Below, piece after piece: positions 1 through 13,069 of a stretch of DNA of 64,000 nucleotides. A program made the translations under genes and the position numbers. Position 1 is the stretch's first letter; each line of letters starts with the position of its first letter. The stretch is from Ginglymostoma cirratum (taxonomy: Eukaryota). Under the pieces are notes generated by a model. The model was not told where the DNA came from. It did not search any database and saw nothing but the letters and a program-made list of their open reading frames with translations. The stretch is from contig JAHRHZ010000116.1 of assembly GCA_024137785.1 (NCBI GenBank), positions 310,001 through 374,000 on the forward strand, in the 5' to 3' direction.

Positions 1-99
1 TTATAGCTTTGCGAGTTTTTTTTCCACCGGCCACATGACATTGAACAACCTGATAGACTGGGGGTAGGGAAAGCATAAGAGAAGACACGTCAGAAGCAT

Positions 100-600
100 C
101 GAAAGTGAGAAATTGAGCAATATTTTGAAACCAATCATCCTGAAGAGCAGAACCTGAGTTCAGAAGTCTGAAAAAAATTCAACCTTTTGGGAAGAGTGAG
201 AGTTCACGTAAAGTATATACGATTGTGAGACATCTCTGGCGGTGTACATGTTGAATACCCATTTTCTCGTTTGGAGCATTCTAGAGTTGGGGAGCATTGT
301 TTTAAAATAGGAGTCGCCTATTTTAGAACGAGAGTGCATGATATATTTTCTTTCGAAATATCATAACGTTTTCCTACTCTGCTCCCTAAAAACATGGTGG
401 GAGCAATCATTTTGAATATTTTAAGTCTGTGCTAGTTGCTTTGTTGGTAGTCAACGAAATGAAAGATTGTCAAGGTGGTAGAAAGAGCCGATTTGATTTT
501 ATGCCCAGATTAAGCATAAAGTAGTTGAAATTTCCAGTAGAATCATTCAGCAAATATCGTGCGCACATTGCTAACAAGTCTGGACATATATGTTTTCTGC
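100..600 (+). mobile_element. degraded CR1 LINE 3' fragment
   Basis: Resembles the CR1 3' ends at 8.3-8.7 kb and 43.6-43.9 kb; boundaries approximate. Confidence 0.5.
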
Positions 601-814
601 ATGTCTTTAATAGCATCAGTCATCTTGCTGATGTTTCAATTTTCAGGCATAACAATGTGTGTTAGCCTGTTTCTTCAGCAAACTCTAAATAAATTGCACG
701 TCAGAGCTTAATTATGTCTCCGGAGAATCTCACTCCGAATAAATGAGGGATGCCTCAATGTGTTTCAGGACTAAATTCGACAACACTGAATGTTATTTGT
801 GTTTTTCAATGACA

Positions 815-884
815 ATGCACGATCCGCCAAATGGACTGATCTTTGCCATTTTTTATCCTATCATCGCTATTATTGGTGGACCTG
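815..884 (+). CDS. GPR139: GPR139-like GPCR copy A, coding exon 1 (N-terminus and first part of TM1)
   Basis: ATG at 815 reads MHDPPNGLIFAIFYPIIAIIGGP, then G|GTAAGT donor at 885. The exon is 70 nt, phase 1, the same length and similar sequence as exon 1 of copy B. An in-frame upstream ATG at 809 is a possible alternative start. Paralog, not necessarily the ortholog. Confidence 0.88.
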
Positions 885-2389
885 GTAAGTCGTGGATCCA
901 AAATAAGCTCTGTCTTTGAAATGTTCAGAAATCTGGTTCTTTCCTTTCAGGATTGGTGCAAGGTTTACACATACTCATCACTAGAAAAGTGCATGGGATT
1001 TCAGCCAGTTTCCAGAATATCTCAGTGAATTGAATGAGACTACATTGTGTTCTGTTGAATGGTGGTGGATTAGCCGCACTTTAAGAGACATTGTTCAATA
1101 TGTTACGGTGCACGAAATGAAAACCTTTTCTTTGATCGCTGGAATATGAACTGCCGTATATCTAATCTATGATTATGAATCGGCTATATGACTGAATATC
1201 AGGGTTTGTTTTCGAAAGTATTAAAATTCATTCTAACGTATTTAATGGAATGTCGAATACTGGAGTACCAACGTGAAGTAACTATTTTTGCAGATAAATT
1301 TTACATCTTTACGCAGATTGCAATTTTTCATTATGTTAGGTTAAGCATGGAAATTCCTCCAATGATTACACGTGGAGAAGCAAATTTGAGTGCGAAAGAT
1401 ATAAAAAGGTGGTATGGACAGATAGTCTATAGCAAGCATTTAGGTCAGAAGGTGTGTTCCACAGGTGTTGAAGACGTGGAACCTTTGAGGGACCGAATTT
1501 CATAGACTCAGACATCGCCATCTATAGGCTTATCCACTACGTGGTCGAATGATTGATATCAAAGCTGCAAAAAGCAGTCATGTTGGAGGTACTCCAAGAA
1601 ACTAGATGATATTACATTGTTACTGGGGTGTGACGGTCAGGAATACGCAGAGACTGGAAATTTGAATGATGGCTTCATTAAAACGGACATTTGATATACG
1701 GGGTCACATTGTACATCATTGGAATGTACATCGGAACTCGCGTAGTCAGCCGTTCAGCACGTCGAGCCCGTTGGGTCATTCAAGTGCCTCATTTTGGACT
1801 TCTGGGCTAATTCCATGCGCCTGATTTACACCAGTATCCTTTAATACACTTGCTTAACTAGTTTTTTTTTGCACAAAATTACAAATAACAACATATCTAA
1901 CTTAAACTGTGCTTTATCAAAGAAACATCTGCCACTTTGTAGTATGTAAAACTGCTTCCTCACAACTTTCTTGCATGGTTTGGACCTTATTCTCAGATTA
2001 TGGCCCCAGTTCTAAAATCCCCAACCAGTCCAAATAATCATCTATTCTGTCTTTTTGCATTAATATTAGGATGAACGTTAACAAATAAAGTGGATTTTAT
2101 CTTATGAAGGACACCAGGAACAAATTTTTTGCATGATCTTCAGATGAATCATGGGGCAGGGTTAATCCACTCAGTGACCAGAGCAGAGAATATTGTGAGA
2201 ATTGATTGCAATGCCTTCTGTATTTCTGCACGTTTAATCCATAATTTGACAATTAAAATTAATGAAAGCTTTGGAGCAGTCAGTGTCTGGAGGTTGCAAA
2301 GAGTCGGATCTGGAGTAACAGACTAAATGAGGAAGAAACTGATGTTTTCAGTCCTTAAGTAAAAATTCATCTTTCCCGATCTCTTGCAG

Positions 2390-3291
2390 CTAATTTAATG
2401 GCGATTGTAATCTTAGCCCGAGGAAGGTGTGGACTCTCAAGATGCATCACTCGTTACCTCGTAGCAACAGCCGTGGCTGATTTCCTTGCCATCATCATTG
2501 GCTGCATCCTCAATCGGATCAGCGGCATTTATATTCGGTACAGTGTCTTGTCCACTACCCCTTTATGCTCTCTCAGCCTCGTGCTGATCCGATGCACCCG
2601 GGATGTTTCAGTTTGGCTAACAGCCGCCTTCACCTTTGACCGTTTTGTGGCCATTTGCTGTCAGAGTCGAAAGACCAGATACTGCACTGCGAAAACCGCA
2701 TCGCTGGTCACAGGAATAGTTTATGCACTGAGCTGCGTCAAGAATGTCCCTTTCTACTTCATTTTTGAGCCCTTGTACACTCTGGATGGGGTGTCTTGGT
2801 TCTGTGACATCAAGATCTCGTTTTATACCTGGCTGGTTTGGCAGGTCTACCACTGGTTCGATCGCATCTTAACCCCATTCCTTCCATTCTTCCTCATTCT
2901 GCTGCTCAACGTCCTAACAATCAGATACATCTTAGTAGCCAGCAAAGCGCGTCAGAGGCTCCGGAGTGCCAACAATCGTGGAGACCTGGAAATGGAAAAC
3001 CGCAAGAGGTCCATTGCTCTCCTCTTTGCTATCTCGCTCAGCTTCCTCCTCCTGTGGATCACTTATGTCGGACACTTCCTCTATGTGCAAGTTACAGGTC
3101 AGGGTTACTACAGTGGCCAGGATTTCAATGACCCACGTTTCATCCTTCAAGAATCAGCAAACATGTTCCAGTTACTCAACTCCTGCAACAACGTTTTCAT
3201 CTATGTAATATCTCAGAACAAATTTCGACAAGAACTGAAGAAGTTGCTGTTGAGCCCCTTCATATTCTCCTATAGTTGCTTTAAACAGTGA
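2390..3291 (+). CDS. GPR139: GPR139-like GPCR copy A, coding exon 2 (spliced protein 323 aa)
   Basis: Acceptor ctcttgcag|C at 2389/2390 joins in frame (GGP-A-NLMAIVIL). 7TM class A protein with WLTAAFTFDRFVAICC (DRY-like), TM5 TPFLPFFLILLLNVLT and TM7 ANMFQLLNSCNNVFIYVISQNKFR, resembling GPR139/GPR142. Intron 885-2389 is GT-AG. Confidence 0.92.
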
Positions 3292-4131
3292 AAAGTAGAG
3301 ACAAACACAATGGAAGTTGTTTCGCTTCGTTCGGGTTGCATTGAAATCTCTCTCATACATATAAACCAGAAAGTTGTGTGTTGTATTTCCTGCACTTAAA
3401 AAATTCTGGTTCATTCTCCAGCTTTGTGAGTTTGCTGTTGCAAATATGGAAAGAATGCAGAATTGTTGGAAGTACTGCTTTTCTGGAGAAGTTGCTGTAC
3501 CACGTTTTTGTTTCTTCTGGTCACTACTTAAACGTCCCCATGTTCTATATTAATGTTTAATTATTCTTCCAGTTTCTTTTCTCTTTCTACTCTCACTTCC
3601 CCATCTTCACTCACACGTTCCCTTGCAATCCTCCTATATCACACAGTCTCTTCTGATTACTGTTCCTCCTGTTCATCTTTCCTTCCTCCATTCATTTCGT
3701 GACGAAGGCCAACCATTATTATTTATCCATAATTATCCAGGCCCCAAAAGTGTGCCCACAAACCTGGTCAACATCATTGAACTGTGTTCTTAAAATTAAT
3801 ATGGACAGGCTTACTGTTGTCTCTCTGTGTGCTACGATTTGCCATCCAGATGACAAAGATTTGATTATTTGACATATTGACAACATCATCAGCTTGTTCC
3901 CAAAGGTCGCATCTGAACTCAAATGTATTGGTCGTCCTTCATTTTGGTATATTCATCTTCGTGATATTTTAAATTTTGTTACTTTTTTATCCAAGTGGGC
4001 AATAGAAAAGATATTTCAATTGCATACTTGATCTTTAATTAATTTGTACAATTGTGAAGTGATAGTGACCAAAGGGGATAAACACATCCCAAACTTCATT
4101 CAGTTATTTTAGCAACTTACTCTAAAAATGT

Positions 4132-4680
4132 TTGGGACTAATTATGTCTCTCAAGCCAATGCAAGAAGATGGTCTGTTTGCGTATATTTCAGTGGAGACT
4201 GCTCATCGATGGGTGTTCCGTTACTGCAAAAGCAGAAGGCCATTGAAATTCTCATTTAATATAATTGCAATGGCAAGGCACCGAGTTATTGACTGTTCGG
4301 GGAATTTTACATCGTACAGATGTTTAGTACAGGAAAATAAAATAATTTGCGAACAATGACTGATGAAGCACATTGTTCAAAGTTCACAAAAAGAAGAAAA
4401 ATCCTAGAAAAGAGGAATGATTCCAGTGGGAGATCAAAGAAAATACAGGTAACCGAGGAGGTTAAAAACAACATCAGTTTGAAAGCAAGAATAGAACTGA
4501 CTTGAGCAAGTGGCATAAGTAGCGGGTATAATCCTATTTGAGAAGGTTTTGGCAACATTCCCTGATGGCGGAGTGGTTGCTGCGGCAGACCTGGTTCGAT
4601 GTGCATCCAAGGATGAAGCGTTTGCACTCAATCCTAATTTGTTGCAAAATATAAATGCTTTGTTAAATTTCAGGAACAGA
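4132..4680 (+). pseudogene. relic of unidentified repeated-domain gene family
   Basis: FAYISVETAHRWV aligns without gaps to FGVLSVDEFSNWP at 18.8 kb and is followed by LKFSFNII (compare LRFGFRV); the downstream frame has several TGA stops. Confidence 0.4.
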
Positions 4681-5369
4681 TAATATGTAATAGACCCATT
4701 ACAATTCTTATTGTACCTCACATTACTCATTTTAACTGTGCAGTTCCACAATAAAAAGCTGGATTTAAATGGTAGGTATAAATTGTGAAAGAGATTGTCT
4801 CTTTGAGTTAACTCTTTTGTTAGTTCAGTCTGCTTAGCTCCTGTGACTGTTTGGTACTAAGGGAAGGATAGCGACTTATTCTCTGACATTAATTCGCTGC
4901 CCAGTTTATCAGTTAAAACAGGAGCGATGACATCTTCACTTTCACAGTCTCCCGTTCAGAATGTTCTGAAGGAGTGTTCTAAATGTTATGTCTTTAATTT
5001 TTTCCACTGAGGTAGTCAGAACAATTGAGCTTTATCTAACGCAACTACTTTGCATTACTGCGTATATGTGTTAGTTTTTTTTTGAAAGTTCTAGTTTCCT
5101 CTTCAGCTACTCCCATATATAAATGAGCAGATTCACTTGATCCTCCATCTTAGTTGTACGAGTGTGTTCAGAAGTGACTGCAAAGGGTCTATTTTATTAT
5201 TTATTTAGGGTTGATAGTCTGTAATATTAGGTTTAGTTCTGTAGATTTCAAAAATCTCATAAGAGTTCTGAATTTAATATTGTTGATATGGCAATGAATC
5301 AAGGTTCATATGACACATAATAATAATAAAAAAAAGTCTGTGATCTTTCCTCTTTTTTGAAGGACTCAT

Positions 5370-6310
5370 GACAACAGACAGAAAAAGAAGTTGCCAAAAA
5401 AAAACAAAACCTCATCACGTCGTCAGAATGTGAGGAGAGAAATCAGAGCTAACATTTCGGCTTCAGTGACTCTTCCTCAGAACTGATGGCAATGGGAAAA
5501 TGCCGATTCTTATGCAGAAGATAGGGTGGGGGAGGCAGAAAGGAATAAACGATAGGTGGAGGTATAGAACAAAGAGAGAACTAACAGTTCGACAGACAAA
5601 TAAGTGAATAATTATCACGCTAGGAGAGTGAATACACATTCACAGGGACTGTTAGTGCTAATGATTGCCTGTGTTAAGAGAAGGCCATGAAACAATAAGG
5701 CACGGTGTGTGTGCTTGAAGGAAGTACATTGGAGAAGTTCAAGCACTAAAGTTTTTGAACTCAATATAAAGTCTAGAAGGCTGTAGAGTTCCGAAACGTA
5801 AAATGAGGAGCTGTTCTTCCAGTATGTGCTGAAATTCACTGGCGTGATGCAGCAAGTCTGAGCCAGAGGTGTCGGTCAAGGAACAAGGTGATGTGTGGGA
5901 GGGGCAGGCAACTGGAAACCCGCGATCTTTTTTTCCTTCTGAACAGAGCATAGGTGTTCTACGAAGCAGTCACGCAGTCTTCGTTTACTCATTACAGCAG
6001 ATCACATTGTGAGCAGCGAATGCAATGGAATACATTGAGTAAAGTGCAGCTAAATTTCTGCTTCACATGGAAGCTATATTTGGGCCCCTGAATGCTGAGG
6101 AGCGTGAAAGTAAACTGATTGGTGTTACATTTTATACGGTTCCAGGTGAATGTGCCATGGGGTTGTGGGGGTGGGAGTTTTGGAATTGAAAGTGATGTGA
6201 GTGATGGTGTCTGGAAGGAAATGCACTTGCTGAAGGCTAACAAGGGAGAGGAGAGGAATGTGTGACTGGTGTTGGCATCCTGCTGGAGGTGGCCAAACTG
6301 GCAGCTAATG
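5370..6310 (-). mobile_element. Penelope-like element 3' fragment (GIY-YIG region plus pseudo-LTR)
   Basis: Minus-strand ORFs carry QGPK.SFHVKQKFSC...HCIRCSQC and LEEQLLILRFGTLQP; terminal repeat has a degenerate hammerhead motif near 5450-5485. Confidence 0.8.
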
Positions 6311-6429
6311 ATCCTAAATTGAATTATGCATGCAATGCAAATTTAGCTGTGTTTATATATATTTATATTGGTACGCATCTGCATCTCTCAATGCAATGAG
6401 AGTTGATGTATCTGATGATGAATGAACTG

Positions 6430-7240
6430 AAGAAAGTGTCAAAGCCTCTCTTCCATTGTGTTGAGAGTAACATAATTGCACCGTCTGCTGCTGGCTGGTC
6501 GCCACTGTACATGGGAAGGGTGAAATTCGTCAAGGATGAAGTCAGATGAAAGGTAGCAACACAAGCATAATCGAAACTGAAAGTAATATGAACTCACATA
6601 CAGAGTCAGTGCGGGAAAACAGGGGTTGTCAGTGGAATCGTTCACTGTGCACCACGTGCAGCAACTGAAAACATCCGGAGAAAAGAGATCAAGGATCTGC
6701 AAGTTCTAACAAGCCAAAAGTATCACCACAGCGAACACTGTAGACAGGAACCATTGAAATTTTGAGCTGCAGATTTATTTTCCATTTCATAAAATGCTTG
6801 TTTTGTTGTGTCTAACCTGTGGTTTTCACGATTCTCTGCACCCCGAAGCCTTTGACGGGCTTTGCTAGCTGCTAAGATGTGAGTGATTGTCAGGACCTTG
6901 GGCAGGGGAACGAGCAATAACAGAATAACTGGCGTTAAGTTGTGATTCAGCCAAGTAGGCCTGCCTGACCAGTCGGGTATAAAACGTGATCCTCATATCA
7001 CAGAACCAGGAAAACTCTTTCAGGATGTACATCTGCATTAAAAAAAGACATAGAAACGGATACTTTTGACACAGCTCAGAACTCAAACTATTCCTGTGAA
7101 CAGCAATGCACTTCTCTCAGTGCAGCATCTGGTTTTTAGGCTGACAGCAGATCACCATGCAACACTCATCGCCAGTGCACAGGATCAGCATATGGCTCAG
7201 TGCACATAACGGGGTTGAGGACAAGATGCTGCGCCGAAAG
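6430..7240 (-). pseudogene. inverted, 5'-truncated GPR139-like pseudogene
   Basis: Reverse complement aligns to copy A exon 2: SILSSTPLCALS, ICCQ, FSWFCDMRITFYT, HILAASKARQRLR, EMENK, FILDE. Frameshifts, deletion of most of TM3 including the DRF motif, no TM1-TM2 or exon 1 found. Confidence 0.88.
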
Positions 7241-7589
7241 GGTGTTGAATGTGGGGTGCTAGTAGTACATGACTGTGACACACTTAATTGGTAACAGTGT
7301 GTGCCTGCCATTCATAAATGCTTACCGGTACTTAGAATCATTTTTTTAAAAAGCAGATTCCTGTTAAATACTGAAGCTTGTTTTTTTTGCTTCTTCTCAT
7401 GACTCGGGATTAAATGGCAAGCGAGAAGGGGATTCTGTGAACCTTGATACATTCTTTAACCTTTGGGATGGCTCCAAAAAGAGTGTAGTTTGGGCATATA
7501 CAAGGGGTCGACTGACACAGCTACACTAACAAGTGTAAAAGTTTTAATTTCATCTGACAATCTGCATCTTTCAAATTGACACTGATATT

Positions 7590-8715
7590 CGGCACCCATT
7601 TCCACAGTACAGGGGATCTTGATCAGATAGGCCGATGAGGTGAGGAATAGCAGGTGGAGTTGAAGTTAGATAAACGTGAGATGTTGCATTTAATTAAGGC
7701 AAGCTCGGCTGATACACTTAACGATCGGGCCCTGGAGAGTTTTGACAAACACAGAGACCTAGGAGTACATGTTTACAATTCCTTGAAAGTGAAATCACAG
7801 ACAGACAGTGTAGCAAATCAGGAAATTAGTGTGCATATCTTTATTGGTCAGTGCATTGAGTGTATGAGTTGTGATGTCATTTTGCAGCTTTAGAAGACAT
7901 TGGTTATGTTGCTTTTGGAATACTGCTTTCAATTCTGGTCTCCATGATGTAGGAAAGATGTTGTTAAATTTGGAAAGATTCAGAAAATATTTACAAGGAT
8001 GCTACAGGGGACAGAAGCAAAAACCGAATTTGCTTGGAAAAAACCCGGCAATTCTGGTAGCATCCGTGAATAAAAATCAGAGTCAACATTTAATGTCCAA
8101 TGACCCTTCCTCAGAACACAGTATTGAGGAAGTGTCACCGGTCCGAAAACGTTAACTCTGATTTTTCTTCACAGATGTTACCAGACCTGCTGAGCTTTTC
8201 CGGCAACGTCTGTTCTTCCCGATTTTCGGTGTCCACAGCTCCTTTCGTTATTACCAGGGTTAGAGTTTTTGAACTGCAGCGAAAAGCTGGAATAGACTGG
8301 GATTATTTTCCCTACAGCGTCTGAGGCTAATGGGTGACATTTTACAAGTTTATAATCTCATGAAGGCAATGCTAAGGTGAATATCCAAAACCTTTTTTCC
8401 TCAGGATAGAGGCGTTCAAAACTAGAGGGCATAGTGTGACAAGAGAACAATTTAAAAGGAACCTCAGGACAACTTTTACAGGCGATAGAGAAGTGGGGGT
8501 GCGCAGATGGAATAAATTGCTAGAGGAAACAATGGATGCTGGTACAAGAACAAGGTACCTGGACGAGTAAATGGATACAAAGTGTTTAGAGAGTTATGGA
8601 CCAAATGCTGGACATGGGACTCGATTAATTTAGGATATCTGATTGGCATGGATGAGTTGGGCCGAAGTGTCTGTTTTCATGCTGTACAACTGAATGACTC
8701 GAACTCCATGACTGC
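7590..8715 (+). mobile_element. CR1 LINE 3' part, interrupted by a Penelope-derived palindrome
   Basis: RT C-terminal remnants (RDLGVHVYNSLKV; ttttggaatactgctttcaattctggtctcc) and a CR1-type 3' end with a short tandem tail near 8700. Confidence 0.8.
8011..8250. mobile_element. palindromic mini-element made of two inverted Penelope pseudo-LTR ends
   Basis: Arms of about 110 bp are reverse complements centred near 8120, each with a degenerate CTGAGGA...GAAA..GTT motif; flanked by tacaggg / taccaggg inside the CR1. Confidence 0.7.
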
Positions 8716-8759
8716 ACTTCAAAAATGTCTGGGAAACACTTTGAGATACCTAGAATCTG

Positions 8760-11505
8760 GAACAAAAAAATATCAAATAAATCACCGTCCTTCACTCGTG
8801 TGAGGGAATTCAGTATCAGCGGGTGTCTTGGCTCAAATTGGGGCACTGTTGAAAAAGGAAAGAAATTGAAATAACTCACAGGACTCCGACAGCAATGGTT
8901 TCAATCTTCTCTGTCAGACCTATGCCCTTTTCTCCAGTGCCACTGAAGCGAACTAATGACAGCGATTATCGTTGCTGATTGTTCAATTCGAGAATGTTCC
9001 AATTCATACTTACGGCCGTGTTAACACAATAACTCTACAGTATCCGAGTCAAGGTGCAGCATTGCTAACTGCGTCAGTAGTTGCAATAGATAATGTATTT
9101 AACCACAAATCAGGTGATGACAGCTTCGACCCCTATCTGGATAACATATGTTTTCTTTACAAACTTCGTCCTATCAGCTCAGTAACGTAAATGTCCTGAT
9201 CATAGCTTGCCGTAGAGTCATAGAGGCCAAAAGACAGAAAAAAAATGCCTTTCAACTCATCGAATTTCTATCATTCAAAAGCAATGATCTATCTCTTCTA
9301 ATCTTATTTTCCAGCATTTGGACGATGCCTCTAATGCTTTTGCATTGAAACAGAACGTCTAAAATTTCCGACATTTTTCTGCTTCTACCACTCTTTAGTG
9401 AGGTCAAGAGCGACACCACCATTGAGTGATTTTGTTCCTCTCGCATCCCAAAAACCTTCTACACCTTATTCTATAATAGTGTAGTCAATGTCGTTGATAA
9501 CTTCACCAACAGGACGAGATCTTTCCTCTCTATTACTTCCATGCTGCAAGGTTATAAATCGTCATTGAATCGCAGGAATATGCAATTAATCAGAAAGATC
9601 TCAATGGATGTTGAATCCATCGCCACACCTACAGTCCCTGACTCTGACTGTCATGCTGAGAGTTTATATGTCTCTGTGACAACGGGCCCAGTGTTAAAAA
9701 CCGAATAGCCATTCAATTTATTCCTTGTTGAAAATTATTTGCTTCAAAATAATGGGCGATGTCAAGCTGGACATGCTCCCCAAGAAAGTCAATTGTGATT
9801 AGAGGCAGTTTGGCGACTCATTGCTTAACACTGAGGTTTCACAGTGCAACAGATCTGTTCCAGCCTCAGGCCGCTGAATCTGTAGAATTTGTACATTCTC
9901 ACCGTGACTGCGTGGGTTTCCTCTGGGTAGTCCTCTTTCCTCGCAAAGTCCAAAGATCTGCAGGTTAAGTGGATTGGCCTTGCTAAATTGCCCCCATTGT
10001 ACCAAGATGAAGAGTCTAGATGGTTTAGCCCTTGGAAATGCCTAGTCACAGGGATAAATTGTGGGGGCAGGGAACAGGTGTGGATGGGATGCTTGATTGA
10101 GGGTTCGATGGGCCTAATGGAGTACTTCCACTCTGTAGGTATTCTATTCTATTCTCTTGTCAGAGACCTACAGCATTCCTGTGGGATCGAGGAGGAAAGA
10201 GGCCACCAGGAGCCCAAGTTTTCCTAGTTTCTCCCGTTTACATGACAATCAAAGCTGATGATGGAAAGACAAGAAGAAATGTAGTGTCTGGATGGCCTGG
10301 AATCACTACTTCCGAGCTACGATTTGAATATGCTGACTGATTGTGCCACTGCGACAGAGACAAAACATCGGTTACAAAATGCTTGAAGTAGTTTTCTTGA
10401 ATGAACGCTCCACAGAGACTGATAACACGAGTTTTTGCATAATTCCTTAAAACAGGTTGTCAGTAAGTTAAAGCTGTAGATTTCCGCTCATCGAAGTATC
10501 CTCTGTCAGTTTCACTTTACCAAAAGAAAAGTGGTGACATTCATTTTGGAGGCATGGGAACAGTCTCATCCAACCAACTTCAGACACAATAATGTGACGG
10601 GAAAGCAACATCCTCCAATTGGGCGCATCTGTCATTGACACATCCTATGCCTTTTCTGTTCCCTTACTGTGCAGAAGTCGAGATGATGTTTCAATTCTTG
10701 ATGTACAGGAGTGAGAATCTTTTTCAATGGCTCAGATAAGCTAATGTCATCGAGAACATCAGTCGCTGTCGCAGCATCTTAAAATAATCGTCTAATTGGC
10801 CTTTACTGTTTCTGCTCAGTCGGTCAGTTTAAACATAATTCTCTTCTGATTCAAGCGCCCAAAGAGTTTTTAAATATTCACCAAGTTATGGACAGTGTTT
10901 TCTGATCTGTTTCTTTTCAACACACAGGAGGTGCAGTGATTTGTCCTTCGTTTGCAGAAATTGGAAATTGGACATTATCAGTAGTTGCTGTTATTTCAGC
11001 CCACTGTCCATTTCATACTCCAGATACAACAATGGCTATTATTGACTGGAGAACTCGCTTGTGTTTCAAATAAAGCTGTCTTTTGTCGCAGAGACGTGTT
11101 TGGACACAGTGAGCTAATTGGAAGCATATGAAAAAGTTATAACCTTAGCGGACAACATTGCTATCAACTTCCCTGGTAATCATATAGTTTGGATCAGGTG
11201 CTTTAAGTGCCGAGGCCCAATCAACGAGAAATACTTGATGACCTCCATGTTTTTTTATTATTTATCAGAACGAACATGAAATTAGAATTGATGTTTAGAA
11301 GCAGAGTTATGCCGTCAAATGTTCAGAATCGATTCTCAACCAGCTCCAGCTCCACTTCAGCTGCCTGTACTTTATGTGCAATGGGTTCAAAACAAGGCCC
11401 GAGTGAATACAGAAAAAGTGAATGGATATGAAGTTTGTGGAGATTACTGGCGGTCTACTAGAAACCAGGATCAAGGATCGATTTTCACAGTTTCCTCTGG
11501 CAAAT
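8760..11505 (+). pseudogene. longest relic of the unidentified repeated-domain gene (several tandem units, interrupted by SINEs)
   Basis: Recurring motifs: E.MFQF (~8990), IKADDGK..VVSGWPGITTSELRFEY (~10250-10330), HRD..LKQVVSKLKL..ILCQF..WEQSHPT (~10410-10575), DGKATSSNW..EVEMMFQF (~10600-10700), LENSLVFQIKL (~11050), KLELMFRSRV (~11280). Many stops and frameshifts. Confidence 0.55.
9803..10150 (+). mobile_element. HE1/V-SINE-type tRNA-derived SINE
   Basis: Core tgcgtgggtttcctc...tccaaagatctgcaggttaagtggattggccttgctaaattgccc, typical of shark HE1/V-SINE, with a CR1-like tail. Confidence 0.8.
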
Positions 11506-13069
11506 AAATCATTCCATTTCAATCACCGTCAATAACTCTCTATTATGTGATTCCATCAGGGGATATACACATTTTTAACGTCACACATTTCACTCAGGTG
11601 AGCTATACAGCTTCATGTTAGGATCACAAGAAGTATGGTCAGATTTCAGGCATTCAGTCCATTATGTGCGCTTTGCATTCCAATGAGATCATCACTGATG
11701 TGATAATCCTCGTAAACACTTTCCCCACTCCCTCCCCCATAACCCTACATTTCATACTTATTAAAATTCTATCTGTCTCAGCCGTGAAACTGCTTGATGA
11801 CCCAGTCTCAACGTCGTCTGTGATTTTAAAAAGAACTATAGATTCACTGCCCTCTGAGAGAAGAAATGCGTGCTCATGTTTGTTTTAAGTGTGCGCCCAC
11901 TTCTCCTGAGATCATTTCCTCCGGTGTAAAAGTATCCTGGAAGGCAGGAAGTCTCTTTGCATTTATCCTATGAACTCTCGAAAGAATCTTGTAAGTGTCA
12001 ATGAGGACCGGGTTTTATATATACTTTCGCCACGTGGTCTACACCTAGGATTTCGGTGCTTCCTACCGTTTCCCCTAATGACATGTTGTCATTACTCATA
12101 GGGAGCCATTATGTACTGTGGCTAAACTACCTTGTATTTGCTGTTTGAGGGGTCATTCTACGTGATTGTCAACAAAAGCAATAAATTCTGAGATCTGGAG
12201 CGTACCATATTCTGTACTCTTGATCCACCAGGAAAGGCATTGCTAACGTTTGAGTTTCTGCATTGTCACTGTTTTTGTGTTTTTTTGCATTCGAAATTAC
12301 TTGCTCTAGAAGTATTTTAATCCCAGAAACAATGAAGTCACGTAACTAGTCCAGCCATTCTTCATTTTATTTCAGCCAAAGATAACACGGTTTAATCAGA
12401 AACTTTTTTTTAATGAAGTTGAATGCAGTAGGGATATAAAAGCATTCAAGGTGTCCTCGCAAGGCTCGAACTCAGAGACGACAGTCTCCAAAACCAGCAT
12501 ACTAGCCAATAAGTTATGTACTTTTAAAAAGTACAGCGCTGTACTGTGGACAAAAAAAAATCGTTAGCATAGTACAATCAATCACTGGGCGTGGGGCATA
12601 TAATTTAACAAGGGAGGTTATCTTGAACTGTACCTATTGAGGCACGGCCTCAAGAAGCATAAAATGTAATTCAATAGACGACTCGATAATCTGTGTGACA
12701 CAAACCAAGGCAGCCTAACAAATAAAAACTGAGGAAAGAGGATTTTACACGAAAGGAGAGGAGCTTTTTTTCTCATACATTCATGGGATGAGGGAATGAA
12801 TAGATAGGCCATCATTTATTGACCATCCCTCATCACTCAGAAAGCAGTTAAGAGGTAATCATATTTCTGTGTATCGAGAGGCAGGTGCCGATCAGACCAG
12901 GTAAGGACAGTAGCGTCCTTCATGGAATAACATTCGTGAATGCAGTCCCCAATCAGGCAGAAGTCATATGACACCAGGTAATAGTCCAAAATAACAGGTT
13001 TGTTGAATTCTCAAGCTTTCAGAATATAACCTGGTGCCGTGTGATTTCTGCGTTTGTCCACGTGGGTTA

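Noticed and set aside
4356-4637. Frame with KRR/KR sites ending in SGCCGRPGSMCIQG*SVC, suggestive of an insulin/relaxin-like or toxin precursor
   Set aside because: Cys spacing is not CC-x3-C-x8-C, there are four internal stops and no signal peptide; better explained as part of the repeated-domain relic.
10240-10300. Cadherin assignment for the unknown domain (IKADDG and VTAEGGNP resemble VxAxDGGxP; unit about 110 aa)
   Set aside because: No LDRE, DxNDN or PxF motifs seen in any copy; too weak to name.
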